Shown: piece after piece, positions 37,341 through 51,544 of the stretch
How the letters are laid out: each line of letters opens with the position of its first letter
Position numbering within the stretch: the stretch's first letter is position 1
Source of the DNA: Azolla caroliniana
Taxonomy: Eukaryota; Plantae; Polypodiophyta
Length of the DNA stretch: 64,000 bases
NCBI GenBank assembly: GCA_043228905.1
Contig: JBHGNT010000014.1
Location: 18,538,001-18,602,000, forward strand
Reading direction: 5' to 3'
Notes under the pieces: generated by a model
The model's database searches: none
Seen by the model: only the letters and a program-made list of their open reading frames with translations
What the model was told of the DNA's origin: nothing
Program-made: the position numbers and the translations under genes

Positions 37341-38560
37341 AAGAAAGACAAACATAAACAATCTAGGCTACAACTTTGAGGGTAATAGTAGAAAGAAATA
37401 GCATCCTCCATTGGCTTAGTATGAAAGTCCTATAATATGGTGTTGGTCGACTCGCCTGATATGAAGAGCTCCTATACAAGATTGGGCTTGGGGATATGAA
37501 CACACCACTTAGAGTAAGGTACCTGAGATAAAGCTGGAAGCTCATGCATAAGTCTTCTTAATGTCATGGTTCTTAATTGCATTGAATGGCGAAAATCTGT
37601 TAAAAAACAGCAAGCAAGTTTCCATTGCTTAGCTGATCTTGATATAGAGTTGCATAAAACCAAGAAAATGGGCAAAAGAGTGGCAAACAAAACCTACATG
37701 TTAGTAGTCACTTGCACCGCATGTAGAATGAGAAAAATAGCAAAATAATTGCGAATAAAACTTTTAGAACAACCATGGGTATTTGATTGTACACAATTGA
37801 ACCTAATGCGAAAGGAATTTTGCAGTCATTTGAATCCTATATCCAAGGATGCCATAATCATGAGCATGTACCAACACACAGTTAAACCTGATACCCAAGG
37901 AATGCCAGTGTAACATAATCAAAACACACAACATTGTGAGATAAACATTGATTTATTTCGATCAACATTTAGCCCATGATGGAGAATATGTAGATAACAA
38001 GAATGCTAAAAAATGCTCATTAGATTCAAAGTGTTCACATGAATTCAACACGCCATATTTATAGACGCAAATTTCCCCACTAGAGACGCTTGGGAAATAT
38101 TTTTCATATTCGGGTGTCCTAGCAATTTCACTACTGGTCTGATACAATCTCATCATTGATCCAATAGGATCTCGGCTTCTAGTAGCTTATGTAGAAGAAA
38201 TTGAGAATGGTCTTTCCGAACCAAAGCTTGTGCCATACGAACGAAAATATATTGTGATTGTGTCAAGTCACAACGAAAAAGAATGGGCATTTGGGGAGGA
38301 GAAGGTGAAAAATAGGAGGGTATTTGGTGGGCAATTAAGCAGAAGCCAGGGGCATTCATTGGGAAATTAAGGAAAGCTGAGGGGTAATCGGTGGAAATAT
38401 AGACAATTACGAGAGCCTTTTCTCTTCAAGCAAACATGTGATGCTACTAGTCTGATCGATCTCGTTAAATCTCTTTCTTTCTCTCTGCAGAAGGAACACG
38501 GCATGGAAAAACAGAGGACACGGATCAGATACCTCTAATCAGAAATCATCGTCTTTCCTC

Positions 38561-40788
38561 ATGGCTATGGCGTGAGTTCTTCATCATTCTATGCCTCTCA
38601 TTGCTACTTAAGCATATAATAACACATCATTGGATTCCATCTTTGCAGATCTCCTGTTCAAAGAAGCCCAAACTTCAACCACATAAACAAACAAACAGAA
38701 AAGGAGAAGGAAAAGGACCCACTTTGGTCAAATGTGCTATCATTTCCATGTTTAAAAAATAACCTAAATTTGGAAACCACCCCTAAAGTAGAGTTTGAGG
38801 ATAGGTATGCTCTTCTAAACCTAATCAAATCATGTGGAAAAGAGAAGAATTTTATGAAGGCTCGAAACCTTCATGTGGAAATAATGAAGAAAAAATTGAT
38901 TCCAAAAGATGTTTATGTCACCACCGCCCTTCTCAACACATATGCAAAATGTGGTTCTATGAGAGAAGCGCAACACTTATTCAATGAGATTCCGGTACAC
39001 AATGTGGTGACATGGACAACTCTCATTGGTGGATATGTCGGACTTGGTTTTGGACACAAAGCACTAAAATGTTTTTCACAAATGCAATCCGATCATGTGC
39101 AACCTGATAATATCACTTATATTTGCATTTTGAAAGCTTGTGGCCTTGTTGGGTCTATTGAGATGGGTGAAAAAATTGAGGCTATTATTCGGAAACAAGG
39201 TCTATTGAGCTGTGATTTAGTGCTTGGCAATGCGTTGATTGATATGTATGCCAAATGTGGTTCTCTCTCAAAAGCTCGAGATGTATTTGATTGGCTTCCT
39301 TTACGAGATGTGGTGTCTTGGAACACACTTATTGTTGGATATTCTCATGTTGGGTTAAGTCATGAAGCTCTAAAATGCTTTGTGCGAATGCAAAAGGAGA
39401 GGGCTCGCCCAGATGTAGTCACTTTTACTTCGGTTTTGAAAGTTTGTGGAAGCATCGGAGCTATTGAGATTGGAGAAGAGATCAATGTCGAGGTTAGAAA
39501 GCAAGGGTTGATTCGGAAGGAGGTTGTGGTTGGCACCTCATTAATTGACATGTATGCAAAGTGTGGCGTGCTTGAAAAGGCGAGAGAAGTACTAGAGCTC
39601 TTGCCAATGAGAGATGTTGTATCTTGGACAGCTCTAATTTCTGGATATGCTGAGCATGGATGTGGTTATGAAGCTCTTAAATGCTTTGAAGAGATGCAAA
39701 ATGAAGGTATCTCACCTGATGCTATAACTTATGTTTGCGTTTTAAAAGCTTGTGGAATTGTTGGGTCAATTGAGATAGGAAAGAAGATCGATGTGCAGGT
39801 CACGATGCAAGGGCTCTTGGCCAAAAACGTTGTCCTTGGAAATGCATTGATCGACATGTATGCAAAATGTGATGCATTAGAGAAAGCAAAAGATGTATTT
39901 GAAAAGCTCTCAGTAAGAGATGTTGTGACTTGGAATTCCCTACTGGCAGGTTATGCCCAACACAAGCTAAGTGAAGAAGCCTTAAATTGCTTTAGATTGA
40001 TGCAGGATGAAGGAGTTCATCCTGATGAAGTCACGTATATATGTGTTCTCAAAGCTTGTAGCATCGTAGGATCTCTTGAGACTGGGGAGGAAATAGATGT
40101 TGATATACGGAAACAAGGATTATTGCAAAACGATTTGGTGCTCGGAAATGCATTGGTAGATATGTATGTCAAGTGTGGTGTGCTTCAAAAAGCACAAGAA
40201 GTCTTTGAACAACTTCCATTACAAGATGTTGTATCATGGAATACGTTAATGTCAGGCTATGCACAATTAGGTCAAGCTAACATTGTTTTGAGCCTTTTGG
40301 GAAAGCTTCGGGCAGAAGGTATAGTTCCGAACACAGTTACTTTTCTTGTTTCTTTAACTGCATGTAGTCATGCTGGCCTATTAAGCGAGGGAGAAAAGCT
40401 GTTTGATAACATGTCTGCTATGTGTGACCTTGTTCCAACACTACAACACTACACATGTATGATCGATCTTTTTGTTCGAGCCGGACACTTCGATAGGGCC
40501 AACATTCTGCTCGATAAGGTTTCAGCTTCGGACCATCTTCCTCTGTTTTTGGCTATTCTGGGTGCTTGCCAGAAGTGGGTGAATGTGAAACTTGGGAGAT
40601 GGGCATTTGAACAATCCATACAGTTGGATGAGAAATGTGGTGCTTCATATGTTTGCATGGAAAACATATATGCTGCAGCTGGGATGCAAATAGAGGCAAA
40701 TGCGATTGAAGCTTGGAGAGTGAAAAATAAAGCATGGAAAATGCCAAGTTGCTGGATTGATGCTAATAGGAATTGTACATTCATTTAG
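38561..40788 (+). CDS. PLS-E class PPR protein; exons 38561-38571 and 38649-40788
   Basis: Regular P-L-S triplets (LGNALIDMYAKCG, DVVSWNTLI.GY), E1/E2 and a degenerate PG box (KMPSCWID), no DYW. ATGGCTATGGC|gtgagt...tttgcag|A supplies an in-frame ATG for the GTG-started ORF. Confidence 0.92.
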
Positions 40789-41060
40789 TTTGTGATTAAC
40801 ATTGTCAATCCACATGTACATATACGTATACATATGTCCACACGTCTTTACATGGACAGACTTATATTGCACTTGGAACTAAGTAGAAGCAAGCACTTGT
40901 ATTGCAGTCATAGTTAATAGAATAACATATGTTCAAGTTTTCAAATCACAAATCATCTAGGTCACATTTTATAATCCTGCAACAAATATCTAACACACGG
41001 TAAAGTTTTCCTGAAATGTATTGTCACGTTAGGATACATACATATCATCTTGAATATCCC

Positions 41061-44000
41061 ACATATGGGCTTTAAACCTGGTAGATAAATCGCATAATAT
41101 AATGATTTCCATAAAAGTATCAACGATGTACCCACTCATCAATGATCTCAGTTGCCCGGCTCAAATTAGCTGCCCGACTTCACACTCTCCATTTGTTCGG
41201 CTATTTTATTTAAGTCATTATATTATGCAATTTTATCTACCAGGTTTATTAAAGCCCATATGTACCCACTCATCAACGATCTCAGTTTGCCCGATCAAAT
41301 TAGTTGATGAGTGGGCACATCGTTGATTCTTTTATGGAAATCATTATATGATGCAATTTTATCTAGCAGGTTTAAAGCCCATATGTACCCACTCATCTAC
41401 GATCTTAGTTTGCTTGACTCAAATTAGTTGCTCGACTTGACACTCCGCATTTGCTCGACTCAAAGGCAGGAGCCCAACCGTCTCAGGGCAGTAGCCTGAC
41501 TCATAAAGAGAGCCCAGCTAAGGGAGCTCAACTAATTGAGGCAACCCAACTCAAAGGAGCCCGACTTATAATTGTAGTGGACTAAAACCTTGATGTCTAG
41601 GGACAACTAGGGTTTTATTAGAGAAGATACCATCACCACCTATATCTACTAACCACCAACACTTGCCAACCACTTGCACCTGCATCTGCATCGTTATCTG
41701 CTGAGTTGGGAGGTATATATTTTATTGGTTTTTACTTTTGTTTGCTACTTGAAAATGGTTTTGTGAAGGTATTTGAGTGTTTGGAAATGTATGATTAAAA
41801 TGTTCCTGAAAAATGGTATTAGCGTTTCAATTCTTGTTGGATGCATGCATTGGATAATTTCTGAATATGTTCTTAAAAATGGTCTACTTGTATTGGATAA
41901 TTTCTGAATATGTTTGTATGTTATATTTTGAAAACTTGAAAGTTGCAATTTAACAACTTGCATGATTTCTGAATATACTAGCATTGAGGTATTAAAAATC
42001 CAAATGTTTCTGAATATGAATGCATGTTTCTGAATCTAATTAGAGTTTCTATTGTTGTGGTTTTTGAAGTCCATAATTATTTGTATTCTACCTTGCTTGT
42101 ATAGATGGTTGCTAAGTCCAAACAATTCCTTGAGTTTGATGTTGATTGGGGTGAAAGAAGACCTAATAAAGGGAGGTATGGCACAATTCAATTTTCAATA
42201 ATGTATACGAGACTATAATAGTGATGCATCTGTGCTACCTTTGGTTTTGGGTGTAGGGTCTTTGTAAGAAGGGGTACCAAAAGCAACTTATCCGCCAAGA
42301 TAGAGGCTGAAAACAAAATGGAGACAGCAAAGGGAGAGACTAAAGAGGTTGTAGACCCCATATCGGAACACGAACCATCAAATAAGGACACTCTGACTCT
42401 TCAAGTGTGGTCGAGATTCGACGGGGCTCAAATCTCAGACGTGTATAGAGTTTGTGTTATGCCAACTAGTCCAACGGTGGTTTCGAAAGAAAACGGACAT
42501 GGAAGCACATTTGTGGAAGTACATGACATTGATGTAGTGCTTCTAAGAGGGCTAAAGATAGAGGAAGAGGAGCAATCGACACTCGGACAAAGACAGTGGC
42601 CCATCATTTTTCAGCAACTACAAAAGGCAATGGTCAATAAAGTTTTTTTGGGATCCCGAGGTAAAATACATTAAGATCTCATCAATCATATCAGAGAAAG
42701 CTGAAGACAAAGAGCACTTAACCAATTCCACGTTATTCCAAAAGAACCCCGAACTTGTACTGAATCAAAATTTGTTGCCAATGTCACACGGGACAAGATG
42801 GCAATATACGACTCAACAAAATACCATTGAAATGGGCACCCCAGGTTTTGGGGTTGGTATATTCCCATTTTTGTAATATCATTTTTGTATATTTGGTGCA
42901 ATATCATTTTTTGTATCGATAAATCTTGGCTAGCCAAACTCACTTGAAGGGGCCCGACCCAAAGGCAAGAGTCTGACTCATTAATGAGTAGCCTAACCAA
43001 ATTTACCACAGTATCTCAACTGCATGTAATTATTGTTTTTCAATTATCAAATTAATGATCATTTTGCCCTCGATTTTTAGACAAAATAATCACTATCAAA
43101 CAAAATAATTACTATCAAACATCCTAATTGGGATCACACAAAATATTTGCACTCGAACATCCTACTTGCTATCACACAAAATAATTGCAATGAAACATCC
43201 TACATACTAAGGTATTGTGATCATGTTGGGAGATGCTAATCTCATATTTGCAATGTAGGAAGATGAATTGGAAGAAACATCATCATATTCGACAACATCA
43301 TTTACATATGAGGAAGATAACGAGTCCTCTGCATCCGAACCCAAAGACAATGTGATGGATCTCTTCATGTATTGTTCCCCTAAGTATTTTGTGTTCAATC
43401 GAGGTACACCCAAATGTATATAAGTTGTTCCAAAGATGACCTATTTGACCTTGGGTATGCAAGGCATGTTGCACGGATGAGCGTGGCCTATATGAAGAAG
43501 TTGAAAGGTATATTTATGTGGAAATTCTAGATGTGTAGAACATGTGGGGATTCCATACACTACTATCTCGTCTATCCCTTTCATCATCTCTCTTTCTCTC
43601 ACTCTTTCTACTGATAAACCTTGCCTCAGTTTTGACATCAACACATGAAGGTTGAATCACTTTCTCGTTGATCAAAATTCAAGCTCCAAATAATGAAGAG
43701 AAATAGAGAAGAGAAGAGGAAGATAAAAGAATGCTATAATATACTATTATGGGAATGAATATAAACTCATTGGACTCCAAATACCTATACAACACCAAAG
43801 AACTCCTTTTCTTTCTATGACTCTAATTGACAATAACCTTTCTTTCTTCCCTCCTTCTACCAAGACTCTTGTCACTTCTTGTAAACCTTCGATCGGGCTA
43901 CTGATTTAATTCGGGCTCTTGTCCTGAGTCGATCGGGCTACTGCAATCAAAGAGTCGGGCTACCAGGAAAGTCCCACACTTTTTTAGATAAAGATCTGAC

Positions 44001-44098
44001 GGTGCAGATCGCACAGTCCCTCAGCTGTGAGCCCTGCACCATCCGTGGCGCCGATTCCCTCGCCACGAAGGCCTCTTTATGATTTGGGTGCAGATAGA
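41061..44098 (+). mobile_element. Internally deleted second copy of the Mutator-like family; left boundary approximate
   Basis: 41670-42312 is similar to 22430-23040, 43150-43385 to 23660-23860, and the terminal 43978-44098 to 27012-27138. GAGCCC(A/G)AC repeats at the left end are inverted relative to those at the right end. Confidence 0.75.
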
Positions 44099-44262
44099 TA
44101 GACAGAAAGAAGCATTGTATGTATGTTTAGGAAGAAGCCAAGAGGCATTGTATTTGTAAGTTGGAAGGAACAAGGAAGAGGGCTATTTTTGGAGAGGATT
44201 TGGAAGCAGAGGGTTAGTTTTGTAAATATCCTGCCTGGAGCCTGAGATAGCTATGGGTAGGT

Positions 44263-47200
44263 ATGTATGGCGATGAAGAAAGAAGATGCTTGCATCGAGA
44301 AAGAGAGGAAATGCTGCCTTCCCCCTCCTTCCCCTTCCATCAGTCATGGCATCTCTCTGATCCTCCGCAGTTTCTGATCTCTGCTGATATGGAAAATGCT
44401 TATCATGATGCTAATCCTTGCCCTAATCCTAACCTTATCCCGAATTGTAACCCTAACCTTAACTCTGACTGTAACATTAACCCTAATCCTGATTGTAACT
44501 CTGTCTCAACACGAGCTCTTGAAAGCCTTTTCGATGCCTTCGTCAATGCGAACGATCCTGCTTCGCCTTCAAGACTAGTTTCTTTCGTCCTCAAAGAGGT
44601 ACTTAGACGCCAGTCTTCTGATGCAGAGAAAGTAGCGCTTTTGAGAAATTCGAGAGATTTCGGTTTGCATTTGCTGAATTCGGCAAATAGGCTATGGCGA
44701 CAACATGATACATTCTCTAACTCACTCGTTTGGCCTCTCTCCCACGATCTCAGTATTAAGGTATGTCTATGTGATGTAACAAAAGTGTCCAAGATTTCAT
44801 GGTTGAATAGAAAAGCTTTGATGTATTATTTACATTGGAATGATGTGACATATGTTTTTCAATTTACAAGCAAAAGTTTCCAAGATTTCACAGTTTCATG
44901 GAACGTTTTGCAAAAGTTGTCAAGATTTCATGGTTAAATTCAAAAGTTTTGAAGTATGATTTTCCTACAATACTCATAAATTTTGAAGATTTCATGGTTG
45001 AATGGAATGTTTTGAATTTGTGATTTTCCTTCTACAAGCATATCTTTTCAAGATTCTATCGATGTCTGATGTATGCTTCCCTTAAGAAACAGTTCTAGTT
45101 CTTGTGGATACGTGATGTATACCGGATGTATAGTTCTTGTACAAGCAAAAATTCTATCAATGTCGTGGACACATGCCTTTTTCTGCAAGAAAAAATTCCT
45201 AGACTTTGATATTGCCATTGCAATGTGCATGATTGAGTATTATTGTTATATCTTGGATATTTCGATTTTACAACATCGTTAAAACTTAACTGAAGGAATT
45301 ATTGTATTATGTACTTACCTTTGCAGTGTGCCTTGTGATATTGGATTGTTCATATGAGATGACATGGATAACAGCTTCTTGTGTTTTAGGTTTTCTCTCT
45401 GTTGGACATTCGTAGTCTATGTCAAGCAGCCTCATCATGCAGTTTGTTCAAGAAGATTGCTATGGAACCAGCCTGCTATAGAAACATAGACCTGACATAT
45501 TGTAAAGTTGACAATAGTACCGTTGCAAAAATTATTCAAAATGCTGGTCAATATTTGCGGTATGGTTTGGTTTGAGTTTATGGAAATTTCCTCAAGTTGA
45601 ATACTGAACATCTTTTGTTCATGTATGCATTTTTAATGTCCGATCACATGCCAAAACAGAAAGTAATGGTGGTGGTGGTTGTGCTAAAATCATTCTTAAT
45701 GTGTAATGAGATTCCCATCCTACTTTTCGTGCTTTATGGAGATGATATTTGAATCAGGTATTGTAACGTCTTGTTGGATACCTACCTAGGACCCCAACAT
45801 GGTGACATCAGATAAAACTATGGACATTTGTAACACTTAATGCTGATAACCTAAGAGGTTATATAGAGGTTAAGGCCATCAACTATGCCAGTTTTGAACA
45901 CCTGTACCAAAGAGTGGTACAGCTGCCTACTAGGGTCATCAGTGAAGATGAGTGCCATGCAGATCATTCAAATGAAGATGCTCTGGTGAAACATAAGGTC
46001 CATGCAAATGTTTTATGGATTCCTCTTTCAAATTTAGCTTGGCACGTGGTATTTTTACATTGTCTAGACAAAAGTCATAAGTATTGTACCGTAGGGCATA
46101 GAGTGTGAGACAGTTGCCAATATGCCATTATGTTGTCCTAGGTCACCAACTGTATCTACATGAAAATTGGCAATATTCTAACAGGGAGTCCACAAAGAAT
46201 ACCTTCTTTAAGTAGTGTAAGTTGATTACGCTGTTAGTTACTCATGAATGTGATGTTGGACAAGCCAATGACTCAAATGAGGGTTCTCTGTTAGAGCATC
46301 AGTTCAAAGCACACCATTGTATCTGTGTGAAACACTGAATTATTTTATATGCCATGCTGAATATCTAGAGTCTAACTTACACAGATTCATTACCATTGCA
46401 GTTTACTGAAGCTTGGCTTACCTATACCTGAAGCTGAAGTTGATAAAAACCTGCGAAAGATGCTGAGGGATTCCTGGACATCAAAAATTTTGCTATCAAA
46501 TTCATGTCTGGATCCGTTAATTTCATGTAATGGAGCAATAGGGTATGCACACAGATCCTTGTTCTATATAAGTTGTGTTGTAATATAGGCAATAATCAGC
46601 GTAATCTGGATTCCGAATGTGCTCCATCTGTTGGTGTAGTGTAGATTAAAGGTTTGCAGTCTTCTACAATATGCCTATTTCTAGTTCCTAAACTTTGGCC
46701 ACAATTTTACTTCTTATTCTGTTATCTCTGATCTTTACCTTGTGTCTTTACCCTAGTGGTAAGCCATATTTTTATCTACCTGAACACTTGGGTGCTAAAT
46801 GTCATTAATTTACTGAGATTGGGAGTATCAGATTCAAGGCTCATGGGCCATATTATCAATTCTCTCTATGTCTTAGCTGTCCAGAGAATTTCATTAATTT
46901 ATGGACATTTGGAGTACAGGATTCAAAGCACATGGGCCATGCAAGCAACATATCATGGATGTCATGGCCATCCAGAGACACCCAGACATAATCAAACGTT
47001 GTCATTGACTCACTCAACCATACTAACCAACATTGCATATGATCTCCCCTTACTACCAATCCATAGATCACAATTAGTCTTCCATGGATGTTAAACATAA
47101 ATCTATCCCATCCATAGTTGTTTCTGTACTTTATGCTTGCAAGATCATTTCAAAGGTCATTACCATTTGTAAAGCCACCGTACATATCAACATCACCATC

Positions 47201-47306
47201 GTCTTTTCTTTAAGATGCCTAGAGGTTTTATTTTGCTGTGTGAATAATCTGAAGCTACCCATATCTGTCTTTCAGGTCAATTTTGGCCTCTAATAGAGAT
47301 CAATCT

Positions 47307-47343
<37 letters not shown>

Positions 47344-50300
47344 TTCATGTTAAGAAAGGTGTGGTTTGCCAATGGGTTATTGGAGGCTGTGACTAGCACA
47401 ATTGGAGTAAAACAAGGATCCTACGGTCACTCATTCTCTTTGGTCTCTATATAGATGAGGTATCAGATTACATAGAGAGATTTGGCGGTTCGAGAGCATG
47501 CCTCGTAGATATAGCCATAAAAATATTGCTATATGCTAATGATATATTGCTGATTTCTGACATTTTGGAGACACTACAAAGACATCTGAACGTCTTTAAA
47601 GTATTTGGACAGACAAACTTTTGACAAAGATAAAACTAAAGTGATGGTGTTGAACTTCTCAATGTCGAGTACAGTGAGAACCCTCTTTTTATACAATCAA
47701 GAATGCAAAAGGTGCACCTCTCTATTGAAGACACACTTACTAGTCACCTTGTGACCAATCTTTTAACATTAGATTAACCAAACATTTGGCACACATCAAC
47801 TATGAGATTTTTATGTCTTCTATCATGTTGGTTGTGACAAACCAAGTCTTAATAAAGCAAACAATTGGAAAGATTTAGACAGACCTTTAGCCTCAATAAT
47901 TGTCCGGATGATGAGGAGCAAAGTTTCAATGCCCCATCATATAATCCAAGCAGAGATGGGAGCAACCCCAAATTATCAGCATGGCATTACTCCGATCAAT
48001 GTCCAATATCCAACAACTTTGGGAGGTCCCGAAACAAAGGTACTCAAATTTGGCACTTACATCATCAAAAGAAACTTGTTGAACACAGATATTCATTCCT
48101 GGTACGTTGAAATGCGACATTGGTTCAAGTCACATGGCATCAGCATAAATGCACTACCCCCCTTCCAACATAGGTTGGATCATCAATCTCGGTGCCCCAT
48201 GATATAATCCGAGCAGAGATGGGAGTAACCCCAATAAGCACCAAGGCATTATTCCAATCTGTGACCAATATCCAATGCTTTGGGGGCTTCCTAAATGAAA
48301 GGTACTCAAGGTTTGCATTTGTGTCATCAAAACAACTTGGAGGACACAAAGATATTCATTGTTGGTATGTTGAAACACAACATTGGTTCAAGTCAGATGG
48401 CATAAGCATAAATGCGCAACCATTCCAACATAGCTTGGATTATCCCCATCTAAACATGACCAAAGTGGAAAAGAATAGAGTGATCTGAACTGATATTATC
48501 AACTTAGAAAATAAAATAACATACTAATCAACAAAGAACAATCACAACTTTCTTTTGCCCCATTACTCCCACTGATGCTATAAGTCAATCAAGGGCTACA
48601 CAAATGGGCTCCTGACCAGGACATTGCAAATGGGTCACAATAGATTGGGATATAGCAATTTGTTGTGGACGTAGGCCTACGTCCCGTGGACCATGATCTC
48701 ATCACCCTGGTCATCGACAGATGAAGGCCATTATCCCCTGCCACCGCAGATGCTACTCTTTCTTCAAAGAACTCTCCATTCTGGATCAACCTATGCTAGA
48801 GATCTTTCAAACACAAATTACAATATATCTGATTTTTAGAATCTAGATGTATACATGATGAGATTCTTCAGTCACGTCTTAGTTTATTTCAATTTTCTTG
48901 TTTGGTCTTATAGGCCATTTTGGCCTCTTAAACTATGTTAATATATCTTTCTCTTACTCTGTCATATGCACTTAATTCTTAAGGCCAGACTATTTTTTCC
49001 CCTAATAAATGAATTTGAATGTGTTGCCTTATTTTTACAGAGCTTCTTTGCAGACACTTCACCTACACAATTTACCCGAATTAGACTCAAGACATCTCTG
49101 CAGGGCGATAGCTGTTTGCAAAGGGTTATTGGATCTGGAAATGGTTGGCCTGTAAGTGACTAATGAGTGATGAAAATTGTTGGACTATAAGTGGCCAATG
49201 AATGATGAAAATTGTTGTACTATAAGTGGCCAATGAACGATGTATCATCTGTTTTTAACATAGTTTTATTTCAATTTGTTTTGTATTGGCATTTGCAGTG
49301 ATGTAGATGTGAAGAAGGTAATAGATAGTTTGACTTCATGCTGTCACAATTTGACGCGCCTTTCTATTCAATATCCCAAAAGTGAAAATATGAACAGGCA
49401 CTCTTGTAAGGTTTCAATCGAAGTAATATATCCTTTCCTTTTACAAAGAATCGAACATTTTTGTGCATATAAAACCAAACTTGATTTTCATTTGTTTACA
49501 GCTTGCATCAGATCTACATCATGTGTTAAAATTGTGCATGGATGTCCCAGTATCTCATCGTTGATATTGCGAGGTTTCAAATTTTCAGATCAGAAAGTGC
49601 GATTGATAATTAAAGTAAGCTCCCTGTAAAGTGCTTTAAATTTAGAAAGATGCTGAATGAAATTAGGAAGATGCTACATTTACAAGCCTCTGCAATATCA
49701 TCACTTACCCATGTACATATAAAATGGGTGCTATTTGGTTTCTGAATAAATATGTTGTAATTTCTCCACTTCTCCTGGCATAGCATAATAAAAGTTTCAT
49801 CTTTGCTTAATGGCCTTATCTATAACTCTCTTCTTTCGTCAACCTGCGCTCACAGTTGTCTTTGGTGTCTGGCCATTTAGTTCTTATTCTTAATCTTTTG
49901 TATTTGGATAGGGACTGCACCATTTGTTGGGGGTGGACTTCTCTGGGGCTGATTTTCTTACAGGATCATTTTTAAGGTCAAAACTTGGATTTAATTCTAG
50001 AAAAAATGAATTTTTTCTCTGCTGCTTCTGTGCATGTCAAAGGTACTTCCATCTGATTGAATTTAATATGTACAGGGAATTAGTTGCTTCTCAAGAGCAG
50101 AAGCTGGAGTCTTTGATATTGCGTGGCTGTTACAACTTAAGAGAGGTATTGTGATTTCTCTTTTTTCCGTTTCTTAAGATACTGATCCCAGTATCATGAA
50201 CTGCCTCGAAATTATCTCATATGATTATCATTTGGATACCTAGTCCATCAAGCCATATAGCCATGAATTATATTGCTACTGAGTCCTGGCATTTTTGTAA

Positions 50301-51544
50301 TTATCTCTTTCTTAATACAATCTAGCGTTATGTAAACACCTCTATGAACAATGTCTTTTGACAGTCATAACAATACACCTCCATTTTTATACCAAACTTG
50401 CATATTACAATGATTAGCCCTTTTACAAAAATTCAGACTATGTTTTGCAGATTGAAGTGGAAAGGCTATTGGCTGCTTTAACTGCTGGTGAATGCAAGAG
50501 CCTCCAGCATCTTGTAATTTATCTAAAATTTGTTTGCCATGGCATATACTGTTGTGTTTAAGAGAGGACTTAGCGTCTCTTTTCTTTTTCATGTGAGAAG
50601 GATGTATGTAATGGAGTAGGACTGGTATCAAGAGCACCTAGGTCAGTAAGGTCCAATGAACCTGAGCTAGTATCCTATCTCCGGAGGTCTAAGTTAAAGT
50701 AAGTTTTCTGTGAAATTCTGTGATATTGTGACTGTCATTTTGTGGTGCTTTGGGGAGTGTAGCATTTTTCTGTGATGATCTAATAATATTTTCTTCCTAT
50801 CTTTAGAGAAGAGATTTTGTTGACTGTTCGCAAGGAGAGACCGAAACTAGATCTCCGTGCAGATTTTGAAGAGGAAAAAAGGTTAAGTATTCTGCATTGG
50901 ATCTATTAGTACACTATTGTATGAAGATCTGAGTATTAGTGAATTAAGTACACCAAACACAAAAAGTTTTGAATATTCCAAAGATATATCTGAACCCTAG
51001 AAATACTATCCATTGATTAATGGTGGTTGAGATATATTTGACTAACTGGTGGTAAACTGAAATGAGTCATTGAATTCTCTCAATCTTAATCTTCTTTATA
51101 ACTTACTTCTGGTTATTTGTTGCTCACATTTGCAGCCCCAGTGAATGTGATTCAATGTCCTTAACTTCTAGCTTTGGTTACAATGAGTATAGCGAGCATC
51201 TGCAACGGAGTTTTCTTTCTGAGGACAATTTATCTCAAGAAATCGATAGCAATCTAAGTAGTAATAGCAGTGAGAGTAACCAGGATAGTTACTTTGATGA
51301 ATTTGATCTTGATACAGAATCAAACTACCAGGATGAGGATGTGGATGAGGAAGAAGATGATGATGATTCAAAGTTTTTGAGCCCATATGATTATTCTGAA
51401 GGTGAAGAGAATGTATTCATGGATGATGACGATGACATCGATGATGATGATGATGACGACGACGATAATGACATGGATGATGGTGATGATAATGGCATGG
51501 CTGATGGTGATGATGATGGTATCGATGACTCATTCTTTTATTAA
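44263..51544 (+). CDS. SKIP17: F-box/LRR protein, SKIP17-like, with a long acidic C-terminal tail; exons 44263-44760, 45390-45559, 46402-46542, 49041-49151, 49299-49405, 49502-49614, 49912-49976, 50076-50145, 50451-50513, 50601-50641, 50807-50881, 51136-51544
   Basis: NSLVWPLSHDLSIK|VFSLLDIRSLCQAASSCSLFKKIAMEPACYRNIDL..KVDN.TV..II.NAG.YLR|LLKLG matches the recalled SKIP17 F-box region; LRR-like exons with GT-AG junctions. The start codon could be 44311. Confidence 0.82.
47341..47660 (+). mobile_element. Non-LTR reverse-transcriptase fragment in F-box intron 3, next to (TA)n at 47311-47340
   Basis: IGVKQG...LFGLYIDE...ILLYANDILLIS, i.e. RT domains 4-5 with degenerate YADD. Confidence 0.75.
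47928..48445. repeat. About 263-bp diverged tandem duplication (probably transposon-derived)
   Basis: tgccccat.atataatcc.agcagagatgggag at ~47930 and ~48193; cattggttcaagtca.atggcat.agcataaatgc occurs twice. Confidence 0.85.

Noticed and set aside
49163-49242. RTGATGA C-box-like motifs in an F-box intron
   Set aside because: Part of a 35-bp tandem duplication, with no suitably placed CTGA box or stem.
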